From positions 319,920,001 to 319,984,000 of the forward strand of contig NC_091978.1 of assembly GCF_044704955.1 (NCBI RefSeq): a DNA stretch of 64,000 bases, given 5' to 3'. The DNA is from Pristiophorus japonicus (Eukaryota). How positions within the stretch are numbered: position 1 is the stretch's first letter; the number at the start of each line of letters is the position of its first letter. The notes beneath the pieces were generated by a model. That model was not told the DNA's origin, searched no databases, and saw only the letters and a list, made by a program, of their open reading frames with translations. Made by a program: the position numbers and the translations under genes. Positions 1 through 12,745 of this stretch are shown here, in pieces.

Positions 1-2190
1 TCGGTCCCTAATCAGCCCAGCCCTCCTCTTATTACATGTTTATGATTTATATGCTTACAGGAGACTTTTGAATTCCCTTTTATGTTAGCTGCAAATCTGT
101 TCTCATACTCTCTTTTTGCCTCTCTTTTTTTTCATTTCCCCTCTGAACTTTCTATATTCAGTCTGATTTTCTCTTGTATTCTCAATCTGACATCTATCTT
201 ATGCCCACTTTTCTGCTTCATCTTACTCTCTATCTCTTTCGTCATCCAGAGAGCTCTGGCTTTAGTTGCCCTACCTTTCTCCCTCGTGGGAATGTACTTC
301 GACTGTACCGAATCATCTCCTTTTTAAAGGCAGCCCATTGTTCGATTATGCCTGCCAGTGTTTGATTCCAGTTTACCCAGCCAGGTCCGTTCTGAACCCA
401 CTGAAATTTGCCTTCCTTCATTTTTACTTTACAGTATTTTTACTCTAGATTTTCCCTGTCCTTTTCCATAGCTAATCTAAACCTTGTGATACTATGATCA
501 CTGTTCCCTAAATGTTCTGCTACTGCCACTTGCTCCACTTGACCCACCTCATTCCCCAGAACCAGATCCAGCAATGCCTCCTTCCTTGTTTGGCCTGAAA
601 CAAACTGATCAAGAAAGTTCTCCTGAACACACTTCAGTAATTATTTCACCTCCCTGCCCTTTACACTATTAGTATCTCAGTCTATATTGGAATACTTGAA
701 GTCCCCTATTAACACTACTCTATAGTTCTTGCATCTCTCTGTAATTTCCCTGCAAATTTGCTCTATATCTTTCCCACTAGTTGGTGGCCTATAGAATACA
801 CCTAGTAGTGGAATGGCACCTCTATTATTTTTTAACTCTAACTAAATAGATTCTGTCTTTTGATCTTTCCAGGACATCCTCTCTTTCCAGCATTGTAACA
901 TTCTCCTTAACCAATACTGCCACCCCACCTCCTTTCTTTCATTGCCTTCCTTTCCTGAACACCTCATATCCAGGAATATTTAAATCCCATGCCTGCCTTT
1001 TTTTGAGCCACGTCTGGTCTCCGTTATCGTTTCGACATCATATTCCCATGTGGCTGTTTGCGCCTGCAGCTCACCAACCTTATTTACCATGCTTCGTGCA
1101 TTTACACACACAGACTGTAAACCTATTTTAGACCTTCTTGCATTCTCTCTTGTCTGACCACACCTAATACCTTACTATTTCTTACTCTAGCACTATCTGT
1201 CTTTCACAATCCTTTGTGCACTTTATTTCCCCTTTCTAATGCCACATCCTGGTGCCCATCCCCTTCCTGCCTAACAGCACTAGCAAATCCCCCTGGCAGG
1301 ACATTGGTTCCATCTTTTTTGAGGTGCAACCCATCTGGCCTGTACAGGTCCCACCTCCACCAAAACTGGTCTCAATGTCACTGGAATCTGAAGCCCTTCC
1401 TTCTGTGCTATCTCTCTAGCCATGCGTTCATTTGCTCTATGCTCCTATTTCTATACTCACTAGCTCGTGGCACCGGGAGTCATCCAGAGATTACTACCTT
1501 TGAGGTCCTGCTTTTTAATCTCTTTCCTAGCTCTCTAAAATCGGCCCTCAAAACCTCATCCCTCATTTTATCTATGTTACTGAATACTGTTTGAGAGCGA
1601 GATGCACTCAGGCCTCCTGCACTTCCTGCCTGGTCCTCCTTGTCCCATTTCCTCTCTGCTTGCACACCCTTACGCTGCGGGGTAACCACCTCCTGAAATG
1701 TGCTATCCACATAGCTCTCAGCCTCATGGACCGCAGTGACACCAGCTGCTGCTCAAGCTCCGAAACCCAGAGCTCGAGCTCCTCCAGCTGACGACACTTC
1801 TTGCAAACATGGTTGTCCAGGACACTGAAAGCATTCTGAAGTACCCACATTGCACAAGATGTGCATTTCACGGGACTGAGGTGCCCTGCCATGCCTCTAC
1901 TTAATAAATTATTAACCACCTTCACAGAAATAAACTCAAGACTTAAAAAGCAATCACCAGCTACTCACCCATTTTTTTTTCTCTTCAGCTCCTTCCCTTA
2001 TGCTGATGTCACTTACCTCACTCCCTGATGCTCGCATTCCCTCCAGGTTCTCGGGCCTACCTTTATCTCCGGCCACTCCTCTCGCTCTCTTCCCAATCTC
2101 TCCAAATTCCCAACTTAGCACTCTGTTTAGAAGCACTCCATTTAGAATCACTCTGTGCAACCCACTCTCTAAACAGGACTGCTATTTCAA
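1..2190 (-). mobile_element. Decayed CR1 LINE: 5' UTR, ORF1 (Zn finger/leucine zipper + esterase) and endonuclease part of ORF2; continues past the window start
   Basis: ORF 1608..1925(-) CTSCAMW...CKKC..LEELELWVSELEQQL and ORF 1480..1710(-) DEVLRADFRELGKRLKSRTSKVVISG are homologous to ORF1 of the CR1 at 42818. Downstream sequence resembles CR1 APE (GDFKY motif on - strand). Many frameshifts. Confidence 0.85.
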
Positions 2191-2210
2191 AGAGCCAGCT
2201 CAGGCACAAT

Positions 2211-3106
2211 GGGCAAAATAGCCTCCTTCTGTGTTGTAAGTTTCTGTGAATCTATGGCAAAACCGGCTGTGCTGTCTGAGATCATTACAGACCAGGAAAC
2301 AAATCTGAGACCTTCTGATGTGTGCAGCATCATGCTACTCCTGGTACTCAGTGCTACTACATATAACTTGACCAATTGGGGGGCCTCGCCCACAACTTCA
2401 AATTATTTTATGTTTCTTCAAGTCTTTTGTAATTCCCCCAGTTTTACCCTCACTTCTGCTAATAGCAATAATGATCCTGCAGCATAGTTTCACAGATGGT
2501 GGGGCGGGGGGGTAGGGGGAACTCTGGTGAATCACCCAAGTGCTGATTCTCCATGGGTGAGGTTGGGCAGAGAGGCACCAATAATATGATGGCGGCAGCT
2601 CAGTGAACTTTAGCCCATTAGACACCCGTGACCTGTATTATTGGGCATGGAGGCCTGAGACCTACAGCCCCACCCGAGTTGCCCAGCGTGCAGCAGTGAA
2701 CATCGAGTAGGGCTGGAGGCAATTGTGCAAGCTGTGTACAAGGCTTCTTAGGCACCCAACTTCCATTTGAATTGGGCAGCCTTCTCGCTGCTCAGCACCA
2801 CTTTAAGACGGGCACTGAAGGGGCTGGCTGTGTTAGAAAAAAAAACGTTCCTGGCCATTCACGCTCCCTTGTCTAGTGCTTTTCTGCCCACGCCGCAAAG
2901 TAGCCCAGTGGACAAGAGACAGCCTGCAGCCCTTTGCCGGATGCTGCTGCCTGTCACGAGCAATGCACCCAGAACACCAGGAAATTGTACAAGTGACTTT
3001 ACGTCATCTGGTGAAGTCACAGCGTGGCATGCAAGGTACATCACTGACCTCTGAATATCAGTAGACAATTGGACCTTGGGAGCACACAGCTGAGCCGATT
3101 CTGCCC
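2211..3106. mobile_element. Old PIF/Harbinger-like non-autonomous element (MITE)
   Basis: Degenerate inverted termini gggcaaaatagcctc...gagccgattctgccc; GC-rich interior relative to the flanks. Confidence 0.4.
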
Positions 3107-4467
3107 TTATACAACCACGAGATATGTGAATTGGAAAAAATGCGAATTCTAGCTAATTTTCCCATCCCTCCACTCAATTCAATTATAGCTGCCCTGGCAT
3201 CAGCTTTGAAAGGGAACATTTCACTGACTTTTTGAATGACTTTTCACTGGACCGAAGATGTTCTCGCTAGCTGAATGTGTTGGCCTTTAAAATACAAAGT
3301 TAATGCTTGTTCTCTGTTAAAATTGAATGAAATATGTGTCCACGTGAGTTGTGGCACGCAGACAACATTGTGACATCACTACCAGTTATGTCAGGACAAG
3401 CTCACTGAGAACATTATCAAATGCAACTATTTTTGGTTCGTGCAGAAAGAGGAGGTAATAAAAGTTAATCAAAAATTTATTTCATGTGAGAGCAACTTAT
3501 ATTTATGTCTATAAAATAGCAACTGTAACCTGAGTAGAAAGCACTATTTTACCTGACTTGCACATTGGTAAAGTGTCAGTGGATTGGGTTGCTGGCCTGC
3601 AGCTGTTGGTTGTTTGCAGCAGCTATTTAGTGCTCATTGTTTCAATGCATGCAGACCGTGAGTCTGTTGCATGAGAAAAAGCCCAAGTTTTCCAGTTAGG
3701 GTACTTGCCTAAATCTAAAAGCACAGAGCAGATTCTTGATAAAGTGGACAACAGGTACAGGTGTGAATCATCTGAATGACAGGAGACAATTAGACAACAT
3801 CTGGTGCGGAATGCCTGGAGGCTGCCCTGTAATCACTGCTATTTAAAAAGTATAGGTCTTGTACATGGAAGATAAAAACCTGAGTGAACATTTACCTACA
3901 GCGGTTCCTGTGTAACATTTTATTTTCTTCTTCCTTTGTGGAAACATAAATAAGACTGTCAGGTAGAAACAGTTGTTAGCATGCACTCCCACCTATCGTC
4001 ATTAACATAGTCAGTCTGTTTTTCTACATAGATACGTAGAGTCTGCTTTCAGAAGCATTTCCTTCCTGTCTCACTAGTCAATTACTGAGAGTTTTTTTCT
4101 GAATGCCCTGACATATGTATGGACATATTTATTTCCTACGGACAAAACTCTATCATTTTCAATTTGAAATATGTCTGATCTCGACGTTAAGTAGAGAAGC
4201 TGTAGGATATATCCCACGAGTGGATTGACCTGATAACTTGCAAACAAGAAAGTATGAGAGTAGAATTTCAATGGTATCCAACTGTCCCTCGCTATTTGTT
4301 TGTTCCACATGTAAGTAATTAAAATGATTACTTCACTTTAAATGCAAACTATATCAATATGCTGATTGTGTAGGAGTTCCAATGGTGGCATTCTATCAGT
4401 TTTTTATCTCCACAGTCAATTCCATCTATTCTCAATCATACCATCAGTTCCACAAAACATGGAAGTA

Positions 4468-4788
4468 CAGGTTGAACCTCCTTGGTCCGGGTTTCTCTGG
4501 TCTGGAAACATCTATGGTTCGGCATTAGTTTGCGGAACTGCCACTTTGCGTGGGTGGCGTCCAGTTTCCCGCACTTCCCAGAAATCAAAGTTTTTTTTAA
4601 GGTATGATGAGGTAGATAGCCCAGGAGAGTGGTGAGCAACACTTTACAGGTAAACCTAAGCTTGGCTGGGCGAATGCTTATGTAGGGTGTATCGGTACAG
4701 TCATATACTGACCTCACATGGTTCGAAAAATTCTCTGTTTCGACACCGGTCAGGTCCCAAGGGTGCCGGACCAGAGAGGTTCAACCTG
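4468..4788. mobile_element. Tc1/mariner-pogo (Tigger-like) MITE
   Basis: TIRs CAGGTTGAACCTC...GAGGTTCAACCTG with TA on both sides (gTA|cag...ctg|TAc). Confidence 0.85.
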
Positions 4789-5164
4789 TACCTCATAGAG
4801 ATAATAAAACATGTAGTTTCAGTCAACATTCACTTCACTGTGTAGGATTTAATACAATTGAGTGAATTAGAAATCAAAAATAGAAAATTGTCCTCTCTTT
4901 TGCCTGTTTTATGTATTATGTCTTTTTAAAAAAAAATTTCCTGTCAATTTGTTTCCCTCCTCCACCTCTCCGCAAGCCACTGACGCTTTCCTTGGATACA
5001 TTTTCATGTGCACTGGTCAGTTTTTCTAAGTAGCCATTCTTCATGTGTAAGCATAACCATGAGTAGCGACAGGTTAGTTCATTGATGTCCAAGGCACGGC
5101 CCCTGATCCAAATGAGGCCGATGAGCTTCTTTGATCAATCACAGCACTCATGCTGGTTTTTTAA

Positions 5165-6127
5165 ATTATTTATTCTGGGCATGGCCAGCATTTATTGCCC
5201 ATCCCTAATTGCTCTTGAGAAGGTGGTGGTGTGCCACCGCCTTGAACCGCTGCAGTCCGTGCGGTGAAGATACTCCTATAGGGAGTTCCAGGACTTTGAC
5301 CCAGCAACGATGAAGGAGTGGCGATGTATATCCAAGTCATGGTGGTGTGTAACTTGGAGGAGAACCTGCAGATGAAGGTGTTCCCATGCATCTGCTGCCC
5401 TTGTCCTTCTAGGTAGTAGAGGTAGCGGATTTGGGAGGTGCTGCTGAAGAAGCCAAGGCGAATTGCTGCAGTGCATTTGTAGATGGTACACACTGCAGCC
5501 ACGGTGCGCCGGTGGTGGAGGGAGTGAATTTTTAAGGTGGTGGATGGGGTGCCAACCAAGCGGGCTGTTTTGTCCTCGATGGTGTTGAGCTTCTTGAGTG
5601 TTGTTGGAACTGCAATCATCCAGGCAAGTGGAGAGTATTCCATTACACTCCTGACTTGTGCCTTGTAGATGATGGAAAAGCTTTGGGCAGTCAGGAGGTG
5701 AGATACTCGCTGCAGAATATCCAGCCTCTGACCTGCTCTTGTTGCCACATTATTTATGTGGCTGGTCCAGTTAAGTTTCTGATTATTGGTGACCCCCACC
5801 GCCCCCACCCGGATGTTGATGCTGGGGGATTCAGTGATGGTCGTGCCATTGAATTTCATACAGCGGTGGTTAGACTCTCGCTTGTTGGAGATAGTCATTG
5901 CTTGGCACTTGTGTGGCGTGAATGTAACTTGCCACTTATCAGCTCAAGCCTGAATGTCATCCAGGTCTTGTTGCATGCTGGAATGGACTGCTTCATTTTC
6001 TGAGCAGTTATGAATGGAACTGAACACTCTGCAATCATCAGCGAATATCCCCACTTCTAACCTTATGATGGAGGAAATGTCATTGATGAAGCAGCTAAAG
6101 ATGGTTGGTCCGAGGGCACTGCCCTAA
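5165..6127 (-). mobile_element. 5'-truncated 3' fragment of the same LINE family as 7547-10697
   Basis: ORF 5170..5898(-) QKLNWTSHINNVATRAGQRL...IYKAQVRSVMEYSPLAW matches 10060-10330(+). Same tail (gcaattagggatgggcaataaatgctggcc). Confidence 0.9.
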
Positions 6128-6928
6128 GTATCTCTTGCTGGTTCCACTCATCGCTGCACTTGTGTGCTAAACCATTCAGCACCTTTAAGTTGTTTAAAGT
6201 TCCTGAGCCTGGAGGACTAGAAAGGGTTGCTCTCTGATTGGCAGATCTGACAGAATTTAAAAGAGCTGCCGCATTCTATCACGCCCCAGTGCTGCTTTAT
6301 TTTTTTATCTACACATCATCATTCATAGCATAGAATTTAATAGTGTCAAAATGATCATCATTCATCTATGCAGTACTCTGAAGGTCCTTAATGTCTTCAA
6401 CAAATCTAATTCTGCTCATGTCAGAATTTAAGACTTACTGAGAAGGCACTCCTGATAAACCACTGCACTGTCAGTACAGAGAGAAAAGATAAGTTAGTGT
6501 TTTTGTCAAGCAGTTTTTACTGTCCTGCCATGAAAATGATCTGTGAACAGATTGTTTTTTTTTAATGAGCAGGAGGGCAAAACTCCAAACGTACAAAGCT
6601 ATTTTCAAAAGTAACCATGTGCTATAAATTGGGTATAACATTGGTCAGTCATCATGTGACGCAGAATAACTTTAAGGGGCTTGTAATATTGTGTATGGAC
6701 GCTTGCATTATTACGTTATCATGTGTGCACCACTGGCTGCATCAGAGCCAAACCCAATATTGTCCTCGCACACCACCCAGATCTATGCACTTCTCACAAG
6801 AGTTAATACATAAATCTTAGGAGCAGGAATCCTGGTGCTAAGGCAATTCGAGTGCTCCAACCGCCACTAAGCTAAGATCGGTAAATTCAGCACTGGCTAG
6901 GAACTAAAGCTAGGTTCTTCCGATTCTG

Positions 6929-7098
6929 ATACAAAAGCAAAATACTGTGGATGCTGGAATCTGGAATAAAAATAGAAAATGCTGGCAATCTCAGCGGGTC
7001 AGGCAGCATCTGTGGAGAGAAAAACAGAGTTAACGTTTCGGATCGATGACTGATGATGCTGCCTGACCCACTGAGATTTCCAGCATTTTCTGCTTTTA
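6929..7098. mobile_element. Palindromic Penelope-pLTR-derived short element
   Basis: About 45 bp inverted arms (aataaaaatagaaaatgctggcaatctcagcgggtcaggcagcatc / gatgctgcctgacccactgagatttccagcattttctgcttttatt). Flanked by direct repeat ttccgattctg (6918-6928, 7099-7109). Family assignment is from recalled similarity to chondrichthyan Penelope termini. Confidence 0.6.
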
Positions 7099-7546
7099 TT
7101 CCGATTCTGTATGACTTAGCTCTCAATGTCACAACCAGTTGAGTAACTGGAAGATTCTGATGTAATTTTCTAAAGGTGAAAAGGATCATGTGCTAAGTAA
7201 TCACTTACATATGCATGATCTTAATTCACAAAGTGCTTGTGCTTGTGGATATTTTTTCTCTTCTGCATATTTCCTTATTTTCCTATATTTTATAAACATG
7301 CAAATAAGATAGGGTATATGCACGCTTATTATAGATTTCATTCTATTTGCATAATGTGTAGTCTCTAGACCAGTGTTTTACACTTGAGCCTCACCATTTT
7401 TGCTGGGTGGCAAATGGAAAAAAACATTATAATTAGATCCTGTTGTTTACTACTCCCTTTTTGCTCTTCTAATATCCCTTTTCATCTTCCTACTAAAGAT
7501 AACAAGGAATATAGAAAGTGTAGTACCAGCTCTCCAACACGTATGC

Positions 7547-10500
7547 ACTAATGATCCGGAGACATGAGTTCAAATCCTGGGGAATTTAAATTCTGTTAAG
7601 TAAATACATCTGAAATAAAAAGCTAGTATCAATAATGGTAACCATGAAACTACTGGATTATCATAAAAACCCAGCTGGTTCACTAATGTCCTTTAGGGAA
7701 GGTAAATTTGCTGTCCTTACCTGGTCTGGCCTATATGTGACTCCAGACCCACAGCAATGTGGTTCACTCTTAACTGCCTTCTGAAATGGCCTAGTCAAAC
7801 TGCTACAAAGAAGTATACTAAGAATAACACAAGATGGATCACCCGGCATTAACCTCGGCACCGGACACGATAAAGGCTCACCGAGCCCACTCCACTCTGA
7901 AAAGTCCTCCTCACTAACATTGTGCCAAAATGTGGGAGAGCCATCACACAGTCTAGTCAAGCAACAGCCTGACATAGTCATACTCACAGAATCATACCTT
8001 TCAGCCAACTTCCCAGACTCCTCCAATACCATCCCTGGGTATGTCCTGTCCCACCGGCAGGACAGAGCCACCAGAGGTGGTGGCACCGTGGTATACAATC
8101 AGGAGGGAATGGCCCTAGGAGTCCTCAACATTAAGTTCAAACCCCATGAAGTCTCATGGCATCAGGAGAAATATGGGCAAGGAAACCTTCTGCTGATTAC
8201 CACCTACACCCTTCCTCAGCTGATGAATCAGTACTCCTCCATGTTGAAAACCACTTGGAAGAAGTACTGAGGGTAGCAAGGGTACAGAACATACACTGGG
8301 TGGGGGACTTCAATGTCCATCACCAAGAATGGCTCAGTAGTACCACTATTGACCAAGCTGGCCGAGTCCTGAACGACATAGCTGCCAGACTGGGCCTGCG
8401 GCAGGTGGTGAAAGAACCAACACAAGGGAAAAACCTATTTGACCCCTTCCTCACCAGTCTACCTGTCGCAGATGCACCTGTCCATGACCATATTGGCAGG
8501 ACTGACAAGCGCACAGTCCTTGTGGAGATAAAGTCCCGTCTTCACACTGAGGACACTGCCCATCATGATGTGCGGCACTACCACCGTGTTAAGTGGGATA
8601 GATTCAGAACAGAACTAGCAGCTCAAAAGTGGGCTTCCGTGAGGCGCTGTGGGCCAACAGCAGCAGCAGAATTGTATTCTACCACAATCTGTAACCTCGT
8701 AGTATGGCATATCCCTCATTCTACCACTATCATCAAGTCAGGGGACCAACCCTGGTTCAATAAGGATTACAGAAGTGTATGCCAGGAACAGCACCAGGCG
8801 TACCAAAAAATAAAGTGCCAACACCGTGAAACTACATCACTGGACTAAGTACCTGCTAAACAGCGAAAACAGCATGCTATAGACAGAGCTAAGCAATCCC
8901 ACAATCAACGAATCAGATCAAAGCTCTGCAGTCCTGCCACCTCCAATCGTGAATGATGGTGGACAATTAAACAACTAACGGGAGGAGGGGGCTCCATGAA
9001 TTTGCGAGTGCAAAAGACTGGGCTAAAACATTCACAACCATCTTCAGCCAGAAGTGCCAAGTGGGTGATCCATATCGGCTTCCTCCTGAGGTCCCCATCG
9101 TCACAGAAGCCAGATTTCAGCCAATTGAATTCACTCCATGTGAGATCAAGAAACGGCTTCGTGCACAAGATACAGCAAAGGTTATGGGCTCCTACAACAT
9201 CCCGGCTGTCGTGCTGAAGACGTGCTCCAGAACTAGCCAAGCCTCGATCCAAGCTGTTCAAGTACAGCTACAACACTGGCATCTACCTAACAAAGTGGAA
9301 AATTGCACTGGTATGTCCTGTCCACAAATCCAGTTTGGCTAATTACCACCCCATCAGTCTCCTCTCAATCATCAGCAAGGTGAAGTAAGGTGTCGCCGAC
9401 AGTGCTATCAAGCGGCACTTACGCACCAATAACTTGCTCATCAATGCTCAGTTTGGATTTCGCCATGACCACTCGGCTCCAGACCTCATTACAGCCTTGG
9501 TCCAAACACGGACAGAAGAGCTTAATACCAGAGGTGAAGTGAGAGTGACTGCCTTTGACATCAAGGCAGCATTTGACCGAGTGTGTCTTCAAAGAACTCT
9601 AGTAAAATTGTAGTCTATGGAAATCAGGGGGAATACTTTCCACTGGCTGGAGTCATTCCTACCACAAAGGAAGATAGTTGTGGTTGTTGGGTACCAATCA
9701 TCTCAGCCCCAGGTCACTGCTGCAGGAGCTCCTCAGGGCCATGTCCTAGGTCCAACCATCTTCAGCTGCTTCATCCATGACCTTCTCTCCATCATAAGAT
9801 CAGAAGTATGGTTGCTCGCTGATGATTGCACAGCATTCAGTTCCATTTGCAACTCCTCGAATAATGAGCAGTCCTTGTCCACATGCAGAAAGACCTGGAC
9901 GACATTCAGGCTTGGGCTGACAAGTGGCAAGTAACATTCGTGCCTCAGGTGTCAGGCAATGACTATATCCAACAAGTGAGAGTCTAACCACCTCCCCTTG
10001 AGATTTAACGGCATTACCATCCCTGAATGCCCTCATCATCAACATCCTGGGGTTCACCATTGACCAAAAACTTAACTGGACCAGTCAGATAAATACTGTG
10101 GCTACAAGAACGGGTCAGAGGCCGGGTATCCTGTGGTAAGTCACTCTCCTTCTGACTCCTCAAAGCCTTTCCACCATCTACAAGGCACAAATCAGGAGTG
10201 TGATGGAATACTCTCCACTTGCCTGGCTGAGTGCAGCTCCAAAAACACTCAAGAAGCTCAACACCATCCAGTACAAAGCAGCCTGCTTGATTGGCAACCC
10301 ATCCACCATCTTAAACATTCACTCCCTCCACCCATCATGGTTGTAGTGTGTACCATCTATAAGATTCACCGCAGCAACTTGCCAAGTCTTCTTCGACAGC
10401 ACCTCCCCAAACTCGTGACCTCTACTGTCTAGAAGGACAAGGGCAGCAGGCGCATGAGGACACTATCACCTCCAAGTCACACACCATCCTGACTTGGAAA

Positions 10501-10697
10501 TGTATCGCCGTTCCTTCATCATCACTGGGTCAAAATCCTGGAACTCCCTCCCTAACAGCATTATGGAAGTACCTTCACCACATGGAATGCAGCAGTTCAA
10601 GGAAGTGGCTCACCACCACCTTCTCAAGGACAATTAGGGATGGGCAATAAATGCTGACCTTGTCAGTGACGCCCACATCCCATGAACAAATAAAAAA
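7547..10697 (+). mobile_element. Near full-length single-ORF LINE (CR1 group, possibly Zenon-like; APE + RT, no ORF1) with tRNA-like 5' head; pseudogenised copy
   Basis: APE motifs (KVLLTN at ~7901, QPDIVILTESYL, RGGG, WVGDFNVHH) and RT motifs (DIKAAFD, PQGHVLGP, LADD) across frameshifted ORFs 7920-9934. B-box GAGTTCAAATCC at 7566-7577. 3' end cacatcccatgaacaaataaaaaa. Confidence 0.9.
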
Positions 10698-10844
10698 TAT
10701 ATACGTTTCGCTTATGTTGTCACAGCCCCCATCCCCTTGCCAATATTTATCCAACATTGGCATCAAGGTGTTGGAGGAACTTGTACAATATTGGTGAACG
10801 AACCCTCTCCAACATAACTACCACTTGCATATATGTATATAGAA

Positions 10845-11140
10845 TTACATGGAATTTCACAGAACAGAAATAGATAATATGCTGGCGTTTATGCTCCACA
10901 CGAGCCTCTTCCCACCTTGCCCTTATTCCTTTCTCCCTCAAATACTTATCTAGCTTCTCCCTCATATACTTATCTAGCTTCTCCAGAAATGTATCTATGC
11001 TAATCACTTCAACTACATTTGGTAGTGAGTTCCACAATCTTTGTGAAGTAGTTCCTCCTGATTTTCTTATTGGGTTTATTAGTGGCTATCTTATCTTTAT
11101 GGCCCGTAGTTTTGTACTCGGCACAAGTGGAAACATCCTC
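10845..11140 (-). mobile_element. Old CR1 3'-end fragment containing a 24 bp tandem duplication (10933-10984)
   Basis: WNSLP...FLEKLDKYMREK on - strand is the CR1 ORF2 C-terminus; ctccctcawatacttatctagctt occurs twice. Confidence 0.65.
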
Positions 11141-11169
11141 TCTACCTCTATATTTTTTCGAGAAAAGAG

Positions 11170-11680
11170 AATGTAGCGCCACTAACATAAGAGAAACGTC
11201 CCAAGTTGCTTCACAGAAGCATAATCAGACAGAAATGCACACCAAGCCAAAGAAGGTGATATTAGGAGAACTGACTAAAAGCTTCGCCAGAGGTGGGTTT
11301 TAAGGAGGGTCTTAAAGGAGGCGCTGTGGTTAAAAACATTTAGAGAGGGAATTCGAGTGCATAGGGCCTCAGTGGCTGAAGACGTGGCCACCAAAGGTGC
11401 AGCGACGGGACGGAATGTGTTACAGATCTTCAGATGAAATGTTAAACAGAGACCCCATCTACCCGTGGAGGTGGATATCCTCTTACATTATTTAAAGAGT
11501 AGGGAGTTCTGGTATCCTAGCCAACAGTAATCAGCAGCACCAACAACACACATTGCTCATTCATCTTATTGCTGTTTCTGTTATGTGATAAATGGCTAGA
11601 CATTTTGGCTAATATTAACAGTCACTGCACCTCAAAATAATCCATAATGTGAAGAGGTTTGTGACGTTATTTAGAGATAC
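11170..11680. mobile_element. L2 3' fragment (-) followed by a decayed Deu-type SINE core (+)
   Basis: Reverse complement of the L2 tail (ggtgggttttaaggagggtcttaaaggag), then cagatgaaatgttaaacagagacccc...gggagttct...tcctagccaa, resembling the DeuSINE core. Confidence 0.45.
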
Positions 11681-12394
11681 TTAAGTCCAGGAAAAGTAGA
11701 CATACTGCTTCTGGCTTTCGTTAAGTATTTTAACATTTTCCTGAATCTTGTATTTTTCTTCTTACACTGAAATACAGTTTGAGTTTTCTCCATTTTTCTA
11801 TTTTATTTTCCATTCCACTTCAGTTGTTTATAGTAGTAACAATTAAATAATTAAAACATTCTTAACTGTTTCAGCTCTCCATCCTCTCTGCCCTCCAGCC
11901 ATTCTGACTATCTTAGTAATCACAGGGACGAGTTGAATTTTTGACCTGTCGTGTGTGTATGCATATACATATGTACATGTAGTCAGGACAAACTCCTTAT
12001 AAGCAGAATTGCTTTAACAGAAATAGGTTTACCACAGGTCAAAAAATTCACTGGTCTCAAGTCAAGGACCTACTGTTTATATACAGTCAGTTCCTGTTGA
12101 GTAAATAACCTGATTTCAGAAAATGTTATTCACTGCTCAACAGTTCGTAGTGAAATATTAGTAAGAATTTCACAATATATTATGCGCTTCAAATTGTAAT
12201 GGAAGGTTTTTCCAAAATGTAAACATTTCACTTAAAGAGACATTACTTTCAATTTTAACCCAGCCAGAATGGTGCATGGAAGTGGTTAAAATCAGCCTGA
12301 GTCGACTTACCTGCCTGAGGTCACTCCATTCCCGCCCAGTGCCATTTCAATTCAGTGACACCGCTACTAGATCCTATCTACTGATAACACTAAA

Positions 12395-12745
12395 AGGAGA
12401 GGAGAGAGTAATAACATGAACTGCAAGTTGGAGGTAGCAGCTAGATAGTGCCAGTATGAATTTGGGTCAGGGGTTGGAGACTGTCTGCATAAAATGGAGG
12501 GAGGAGTGGGAGAAGAGTACTAGCTTTGAACTAGAGGGAGAGAGAGAATAGTGCCATCTTGGATTGAGGAAGGGGAGAAGAATGCCAGCATAAATTGGGG
12601 TGAGAGGGAAGGAAGAGAGCAAGAACACTGCGATCATGAATTAAGGACAAAGCGGGGCGAAGAGCCATCATTGAACTAGGAGGTAAATAGAGAGAAGTGG
12701 GCGCTGCTACGAACTGGCGAGAGAGGGAGAAGAATGCTTCATGAC
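12395..12745. repeat. Degenerate purine-rich minisatellite (~35-45 bp units)
   Basis: About 9 recurrences of gagaagagtgccagcatgaactg-like units separated by GA-rich spacers. Confidence 0.5.

Noticed and set aside
3696-3754. Possible internal exon LGYLPKSKSTEQILDKVDN
   Set aside because: Weak polypyrimidine tract and donor, no recognisable protein; not supportable without data.
7020-7060. Complete hammerhead ribozyme
   Set aside because: CTGANGA and GAAAC boxes are not on the same strand in this copy.
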